NCBI GenBank assembly: GCA_044222185.1
Contig: JBGANV010000011.1
Span: 64,001-128,000 of the forward strand
DNA length: 64,000 nt
Direction: 5' to 3'
DNA from: Planctomycetota bacterium
GTDB lineage: Bacteria > Planctomycetota > GCA-002687715 > CAIWVZ01
Part shown: in pieces, positions 58,293-64,000 of the stretch
How the letters are laid out: the number at the start of each line of letters is the position of its first letter
Numbering within the stretch: position 1 is the first letter of the stretch
Notes under the pieces: model-generated
Database searches by the model: none
Told to the model about the DNA's origin: nothing
The model's input: only the letters and a program-made list of their open reading frames with translations
Program-made: the position numbers and the translations under genes

Positions 58293-59744
58293 TCACTGGA
58301 TCGTCACGCGAAGTCCGTTCGATGCGGAGAAGACTCCGTTCGCCGCGCCAGGGTCGAAACCCGCGTACTGGAACCAGATCTGCGCCCCTGCGGGGACGGC
58401 GGGCGGAAGCGTCCAGCCGATGGAGTAGGCCCCGACCGCATTCAGCGTGACGTAGAGCGGCGGGAAGATCGTTCCGCCGAGCAGGAGCGTGCAGCCCTGG
58501 ATCGGCGTCGCGCCAGCGGCCGTCGCAAGCAGCAGCACGCCGCTCCCGAGCACCTGCCCGTTCGTGACGTCGACGCCCGCGACGTGGTTCGGCCTGGGAT
58601 CGCCGAACGCCGCGAGGATCGGCGTGCGGTTCGCGCTCCCGGGACAACCGACGCCATAGGTCGACGTGGGCTCGTTCCACTTCACGACGTTCGCCGACCC
58701 GGTGCCGTCCACGCTCGAGAAGATCCCGCCGACGGCCAGGTCCACGCCCCACGGGGACAACGCGTACGCCGCCTGCACGGTGCCGCCGCTCGACATGTAA
58801 TTGGCGACGGGTGACCACGCGTAGCCATTCCACTTCGCGACGTTCGCCGCGGGAAGCCCGCCGGCCGTCGTGAAGATGCCGCCGGCGATCAGGTCACCGG
58901 CATAGGACGTCACGGCCAGCACGTAGCCATACACGCCGCCTCCGATTCCGGAGCCGAAGCCCGACCAGCTCGTGCCGTTCCACGCCGCGACGTCGTGGGC
59001 CGGGACTCCGCCGGCCGTGGCGAAGAGCCCTCCAACGACGAGTTGCCCGTTCCAGTTGGTGATCGAATACGGGATGTTGTTGATGCCACTGCCGAGTGCG
59101 GACCACGCCGTGCCGTTCCACTTGGCGACGTGGCTCGCCGGGTTTCCGCCGGCCGACGTGAAGAAACCCGCGGCGATGAGATCGGCGCCGTAGGTGCCGA
59201 CGGCCATGACCTGGCCCTGCGTCCCGCCGGACCCGCTGCCGAGCGGCGCCCAGTTGTTGCCGTCCCAGCTCGCGATGTGATTGGCGGGCCCGTTCGCGTC
59301 GGTGAAATAACCGCCAGCGATCAGCTTGTTGTTCCACACGCCGAGGCACTGGACCTGGGAGTTCATTCCGCCCTCGAGGTCGGTCCATGCCGTGCCGTCC
59401 CAACTCGCGATGAAGTTGACGTTCACGGCGCCCGCGTTCACGAAGCTGCCGCCGGCGATCAGGTTCCCCTGGTAGACGGTGAGCGCCCAGACGTCTCCAT
59501 CGAGACCCGAGCCGAGCGCCGACCACGACGTTCCGTTGAATCGCGCGATGTGGCTCGCCTGAACGCCGCCGGCCCAGGTGAACTTGCCACCGGCGATCAG
59601 ATCGCCGTTCCAGACCGTCGTGGCGTACACCCAGTCGCTCACGCCGCCGGCGAGCGTGGACCACGTCTGCGCTGGTGCGGATGACAGGACGACGCACGTG
59701 ACGACCGCCACTGCGGCTGCGCGGCAGAACTGAACGTGACTCAT
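58293..59744 (-). CDS. Secreted beta-propeller protein (WxxLGxG...LIAGGxF repeats) with terminal domain
   Basis: GAGGAG RBS; seven ~46-aa repeats; C-terminal TYGVGCPG...GAQIWFQYAGFDPGAANGVFSASNGLRVTIQ. Confidence 0.87.
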   Translation of the reverse strand: MSHVQFCRAAAVAVVTCVVLSSAPAQTWSTLAGGVSDWVYATTVWNGDLIAGGKFTWAGGVQASHIARFNGTSWSALGSGLDGDVWALTVYQGNLIAGGSFVNAGAVNVNFIASWDGTAWTDLEGGMNSQVQCLGVWNNKLIAGGYFTDANGPANHIASWDGNNWAPLGSGSGGTQGQVMAVGTYGADLIAAGFFTSAGGNPASHVAKWNGTAWSALGSGINNIPYSITNWNGQLVVGGLFATAGGVPAHDVAAWNGTSWSGFGSGIGGGVYGYVLAVTSYAGDLIAGGIFTTAGGLPAANVAKWNGYAWSPVANYMSSGGTVQAAYALSPWGVDLAVGGIFSSVDGTGSANVVKWNEPTSTYGVGCPGSANRTPILAAFGDPRPNHVAGVDVTNGQVLGSGVLLLATAAGATPIQGCTLLLGGTIFPPLYVTLNAVGAYSIGWTLPPAVPAGAQIWFQYAGFDPGAANGVFSASNGLRVTIQ

Positions 59745-60120
59745 GGCTGGGCTCCTCGATCAGATGGCAAGGCGTGACCTTCTGCGGGGCCCCAATCAGC
59801 AAGGTGCGGGCCGTGGCGCGAACGCACGGCGCAGCATTCTCGGCCGCGGAGTCTCGGGAACCGGTCGCGACACGGCACGTTCGCGCGTCGCCCGGAGCCA
59901 CAGGTCGGTTTTCGCTGGGGAAATCGGCTGTCTCGATGACGGCCCGAGCCTTCTTGCCGCGCGCCCTCCAGCATCGGAGGCGGCCAAGGTCGAGTCTCAT
60001 GCGCGCCTGCGGCGTGCGAGTGCACTCCGGTTTCACCAGACTCCGCGTAAGAAGTGCGGAGCGGGACGCACCAAACGGGCATACCCGGCTCGAAGCCCGC
60101 GCACACGATTCGGAGTCTCC

Positions 60121-60651
60121 ATGCAGATCCTCGCGATTTCAGGCAGCCTGCGGCGGCGCTCGTCGAACACCGCCGCGTTGCGCGCCGCCGCGTCGCTCGC
60201 CCTGCCGCCCGTGACGATCGTCCTCTACGACGGCCTGGCGGGACTCCCCCATTTCAACCCCGACATCGCCGACCCGCTGCCACGTCCGGTTGCGGAACTG
60301 CGGGGCTGCGTGCAGGCAGCGGACGCCCTCATCATCTCGTCTCCCGAATACGCGCGCGGGGTCCCCGGAAGCCTGAAGAATGCGCTCGACTGGCTCGTGG
60401 GAGGAATCGAGTTCGTCGACAAGCTCGTGGCGCTCGTCAATACGTCCCCGCGAGCGACGCACGCCCAGGCGTCGCTCGCGACCACCATCACCACCATGGC
60501 GGGTCGGCTCGTCCCGTCGGCCGACGTCACGCTTCCTCTCCTCGCGAAGGACATGGATGAGTTCGCAATCGCGTCCCATCCGACCTTCGCGGCCGAGCTC
60601 CGTCGCGGGATCGACGCGCTCGTCCGCGCCGTCAAGGAGCAGCGGCCCTGA
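60121..60651 (+). CDS. NADPH-dependent FMN reductase
   Basis: GGAG RBS; MQILAISGSLR, SPEYARGVPGSLKNALDW. Confidence 0.92.
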   Translation: MQILAISGSLRRRSSNTAALRAAASLALPPVTIVLYDGLAGLPHFNPDIADPLPRPVAELRGCVQAADALIISSPEYARGVPGSLKNALDWLVGGIEFVDKLVALVNTSPRATHAQASLATTITTMAGRLVPSADVTLPLLAKDMDEFAIASHPTFAAELRRGIDALVRAVKEQRP

Positions 60652-60691
60652 CGCATGCCACCACCGCATGCGTCCGGGCCGCGCTGCCCGA

Positions 60692-61819
60692 TCAGGCGGA
60701 GACGTAGAACGCGGCGGTGAACACCACGCCGCACGTCGAAGTGCTCGGCTGGAACACGAGTCCTTGCATGTTTGCGAGCGGCGTTCCCGGCAGGTACGGG
60801 GGAACCACCATCGTCTGCTTGGCATAGCCGCAGTTGTCGAGCCAGAAGAACGCGCCGATGAACGGTGCGAACGGGTCGAACACGATGTTGATGTCCGAGA
60901 ACGCGAAGGGTGTCCCGATGTCGATGATGCCCGTGCAACCGAAGTTGAATGCGCCTGGATTCTGCGGTCCGACGATGAGCACGAACGGCTGATTCGCCGG
61001 TCCGTTCCACTCGAGGGTCATGGTGCTGCCGGCGGGCGTCGTCACGGGGAAGGGTCCGCGAATGCCAGGAGCACCCGGAACGGTGTTCGCCGTCCGATTG
61101 ACGAAGAGAGACGCCGCGGCGCTGTTCGCTTGCCCCACGTTCGCGTAGTTGCCGTTGGCGACGGTCACGTACTGCCAATCCACGTCGGCACCCTGGGGCC
61201 CGCCGGCCGAGTCACCGAAGTACCAGCCGTTGGCTCCGGCGCCGCTTGCGGGCGCGATCGCCGGTCCAACGAGCGGCGCGCCGTCGACGAACAGTGTCAC
61301 GACGGTCAGGGGGCCGTTCGGAACGGCTTCGATGCGATAGGTGTGTTGGATGAAGATGCCGCCGGGTACTGCTGCCGGGACATAGCCCGAGTTCGTCTGC
61401 AGACCGATCGTCCCCGCGATGCAGTCCACCCCCAGCGCCACGTTTCCTCCGTGGACGGCCCCGAGGATGTTCGTCGTCCCGAACGACGCCAGGCCGACGA
61501 CCCGAAGGTTCGCCTCCAGCACCACGGGCAGCGCCGAGCTCAGCGTGACGGCCGTCGCCGGATATCCCGAGAACGTGCCGCCGTAGAAGAACGCTCCGAA
61601 GCTGTTGTTGGTTCCCGTACGTTGTTGCATCACGCCGCAGGTCGGGCTGAAGAGCGTTGCGCTGGGATAGGCCGTGAGATTCCCCAGGTTCACGTTGGCC
61701 GTCGCCGTCGGCATCGGCGTCGGCAGATCGAACTCGAAATGGAAGGCGAACGGCGCAACCTGTGCGGAAACGGCCGCGCAAAGGACGAGGGACGCGATCA
61801 AGGTGCTGAACGGACGCAT
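60692..61819 (-). CDS. Secreted protein (beta-sandwich/lectin-like domain) with terminal domain
   Basis: AGGAG RBS; signal MRPFSTLIASLVLCAAVSAQ; C-terminal LDNCG...GTPLANMQGLVFQP...VFTAAFYVSA. Confidence 0.8.
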   Translation of the reverse strand: MRPFSTLIASLVLCAAVSAQVAPFAFHFEFDLPTPMPTATANVNLGNLTAYPSATLFSPTCGVMQQRTGTNNSFGAFFYGGTFSGYPATAVTLSSALPVVLEANLRVVGLASFGTTNILGAVHGGNVALGVDCIAGTIGLQTNSGYVPAAVPGGIFIQHTYRIEAVPNGPLTVVTLFVDGAPLVGPAIAPASGAGANGWYFGDSAGGPQGADVDWQYVTVANGNYANVGQANSAAASLFVNRTANTVPGAPGIRGPFPVTTPAGSTMTLEWNGPANQPFVLIVGPQNPGAFNFGCTGIIDIGTPFAFSDINIVFDPFAPFIGAFFWLDNCGYAKQTMVVPPYLPGTPLANMQGLVFQPSTSTCGVVFTAAFYVSA

Positions 61820-62294
61820 GACACAACTCCTGGGGGGGATGTGAATCAGACCCGGTGAACGCCCATCGGCGTCGCCGCTGGTGATGAGTGACGCCGTCTC
61901 CTCGAATTTGGACAGGAAGGTGGGGATCTTTTTCCTGCGGGTGTTCCCCGGAGGGCACGGACACGTCGAAGTCGCCTGAGCCAGTGCGCCGCGAGCAGCG
62001 CGCAAGTCCCCGGACGCAGGATTTCGCCCGCCGAATCGCGATTCGAGCCCGGTTTCAGCCCGATGTCGTCGCTGAGACGGGCCGAGCCGCGCGACACGGA
62101 TGGACCGTCCGCCGCGAGGTGGATGAGTCCGCGGTGCTTTGCGCAGCGTCCGAGCGATCAGCCCGCGATGCGAACGCCCAGGAGGCCCGGAGTCACCTCT
62201 GGGTGTCGTGCGTAACGGGATGCGCGTGCGCCGTCCGATCGGAGGAGTCAGCGGCGGACACGAATGACGCCCGCCGGTCGGCTCCGCACGCCGA

Positions 62295-63950
62295 TCACGG
62301 CGCGAACGAGAGCGCGAGCCCGTTGGAGACCAGCGGCGGCGAAGCCGCAGGGAACATGGCGCCCTGCAGCCAGAACGTAGCTCCGACGAGGCCGGGCTGC
62401 CGAAGGTCGACGAGGGTGCTGGCGACGCCCGTCGCCGGAATGGCGATCGGGATCGCCAGGAAGTGTCCCGGAAGCAGGTCGACGACCACGGGCACGCCAG
62501 CGACGGTCGTGGCCGACGGCGCGATGCTCGCGACCAGCACACCCGGTCCTGCGGAAGCACCGGACAAAATGACGGCCCCGGAGGATCCCTGGGTGTGGTT
62601 CCACGCAAGCGTGAGCGGATACGGCCCCGAGGCCTGACCGAAGACGTCGGCAACCGCGAGGCCGCCGATGCGAATGCTGCCCCCCGCGAATCCCGCTTCC
62701 AGGCTCGAGCAGATGCCCACCTCCGGGAATCCATCTCCGTTCTGATCACCGAGCCCCGCCACCGCGAGCCCCACCTGGCCAAGGGGCGTCGATCCGACGT
62801 AGCTCGCGAGCAAGGCTCCGGTCCCGGAATACACCGCGACGCGCCCGACGCCCGGGACGATCGGAGCGAGGGCCGAGTAGCCGGGTGCTCCGACGACGAG
62901 GTCCGGGATCCCGTCCCCGTTCAGGTCACCGGCTCCTGCGATCGAGAGGCCGAACTGGGCGCCGAACTGGGGACCACTCAACGTGGTCATCAATCCGCCG
63001 GTCGACCCCGAGAAGATGAAAACGCCGTTTTGGAGGATCGCGCCCGAAGCGAAGTCCGCGATGCCATCGCCGTTGGCGTCACCGATCGTGGTGAGCGAGA
63101 ACCCGAGCCCGCCGTTGATCAAGAAGGCCGGATTCAAGCCGGTCAGGCTGATCGTGTAGAGGACCGCTCCACTCGCACCGGAGAAGGCGCGCACATACCC
63201 CCCGGAGATCGGAGGTGTGATCGGCGTGTTGTCGGTCACGAGCGTGAGCTCGGGCGCGCCCGCTGCGAGGTCCTCGACGCCGTCACCATCGACGTCGCCG
63301 AGCCGCGTCACCGAGCTGCCGAGGAAGTCCGGCGCGCCCACCCCGACGATCGTGCGGATCGTCGACCCGGTCGCGCCTGAAATCACTCGCACGTAGCCAG
63401 TCGCGACCATGGAGCTCAGCTGCAGGGTGTCTCCTTGCGGAGCGCCGGCGACGAGGTCGCCCACACCGTCGCCGTCGACGTCGCCGATCGCGCACAACGA
63501 CCACCCGAACAAGTCGCCCGTGCTCGATCCGACGATGGTGCGCAGGACCGCACCGCTCGCGCCCGAATACACGTACACGACGCCGGCGTGGTACGGCGCG
63601 CTCGAAGGCAGATAGGGCATCCCGACTGCATAGTCCGCGACGCCATCCCCGTCCACGTCGGACAGGCCCGCGATCGCCTTCACCTTCGCGTCGGTGGAAT
63701 TGGGAACGATCGTGGTCGAGCGGATGACGGCGCCGTTCGAACCGGACACGACGAGTATCCCCGCCTGACCGGGCGCCGTCCTGACCGCGCCGACGACGAG
63801 GTCCGGAAGGCCGTCGGCATTCACGTCACCTACGCGGGCGACCGCCGAGGGGCGAGGCCAGACGGCCGAGGTCTGGCCGAAGGTGAGCCGTGTATGGAGC
63901 TGACCCCATGCCGGAGCGACCACGAGCAGCGCGATGGCGAGGAGTTTCAT
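62295..63950 (-). CDS. Secreted FG-GAP (integrin-alpha-like) repeat protein with terminal domain
   Basis: Signal MKLLAIALLVVAPAWGQ; seven GDV(N/D)GDGxxDxxxGAP-type repeats; C-terminal GATFWLQGAMFP...VSNGLALSFAP. Confidence 0.9.
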   Translation of the reverse strand: MKLLAIALLVVAPAWGQLHTRLTFGQTSAVWPRPSAVARVGDVNADGLPDLVVGAVRTAPGQAGILVVSGSNGAVIRSTTIVPNSTDAKVKAIAGLSDVDGDGVADYAVGMPYLPSSAPYHAGVVYVYSGASGAVLRTIVGSSTGDLFGWSLCAIGDVDGDGVGDLVAGAPQGDTLQLSSMVATGYVRVISGATGSTIRTIVGVGAPDFLGSSVTRLGDVDGDGVEDLAAGAPELTLVTDNTPITPPISGGYVRAFSGASGAVLYTISLTGLNPAFLINGGLGFSLTTIGDANGDGIADFASGAILQNGVFIFSGSTGGLMTTLSGPQFGAQFGLSIAGAGDLNGDGIPDLVVGAPGYSALAPIVPGVGRVAVYSGTGALLASYVGSTPLGQVGLAVAGLGDQNGDGFPEVGICSSLEAGFAGGSIRIGGLAVADVFGQASGPYPLTLAWNHTQGSSGAVILSGASAGPGVLVASIAPSATTVAGVPVVVDLLPGHFLAIPIAIPATGVASTLVDLRQPGLVGATFWLQGAMFPAASPPLVSNGLALSFAP

Positions 63951-64000
63951 GGCCAGGCCCAAGCAAATCCGATTCCGCAGGTTTTCCCCGAGGAGAACCC

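Noticed and set aside
41142-59912. Shared 11-mer aaaaccgacct upstream of the 41209 (+) and 59744 (-) genes
   Set aside because: A single 11-mer match is expected by chance in a 64-kb window, and the genes are unrelated.
243-63950. PEP-CTERM, LPXTG or autotransporter explanation for the shared C-termini
   Set aside because: There is no PEP/LPXTG motif, no TM helix plus basic tail, and the domain is too short for an autotransporter beta-barrel.

Overview
High-GC bacterial DNA with about 40 protein-coding genes. I saw no rRNA, tRNA, CRISPR array or mobile element. The gene content (large TPR/FG-GAP Ser/Thr kinases, ECF sigma factors including one with a long C-terminal extension, lipoprotein sulfatases, many secreted beta-propeller proteins) suggests a Planctomycetota genome; this is inference. 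Recognisable modules: a type III PKS operon (PKS, YceI protein, lipoprotein, FAD oxidoreductase) divergent from an ABC exporter; a kinase/ECF signalling island; a ClC-CBS protein; two sulfatases; two FMN reductases; OsmC; a cyclophilin; and a 2-oxoacid oxidoreductase operon whose gamma subunit is fused to a GltD/DsrL-like flavoprotein and a ferredoxin. The most striking pattern is a ~100-130 aa beta-rich terminal domain (G-x-x-h-Y/W-h-Q...DP...S/T-N-x-h-x-h-x-h-stop) shared by 11 otherwise unrelated proteins. One copy is N-terminal and one appears circularly permuted, making it a candidate lineage-specific surface sorting/anchoring module. One carrier has a lysyl-oxidase-like motif series. A tandem pair of tiny Cys4 membrane proteins is also present, one of which is missing from the ORF track. 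All family calls come from reading motifs by eye; no searches were run. Many start codons were moved downstream of the ORF-track starts based on RBS and signal-peptide context.
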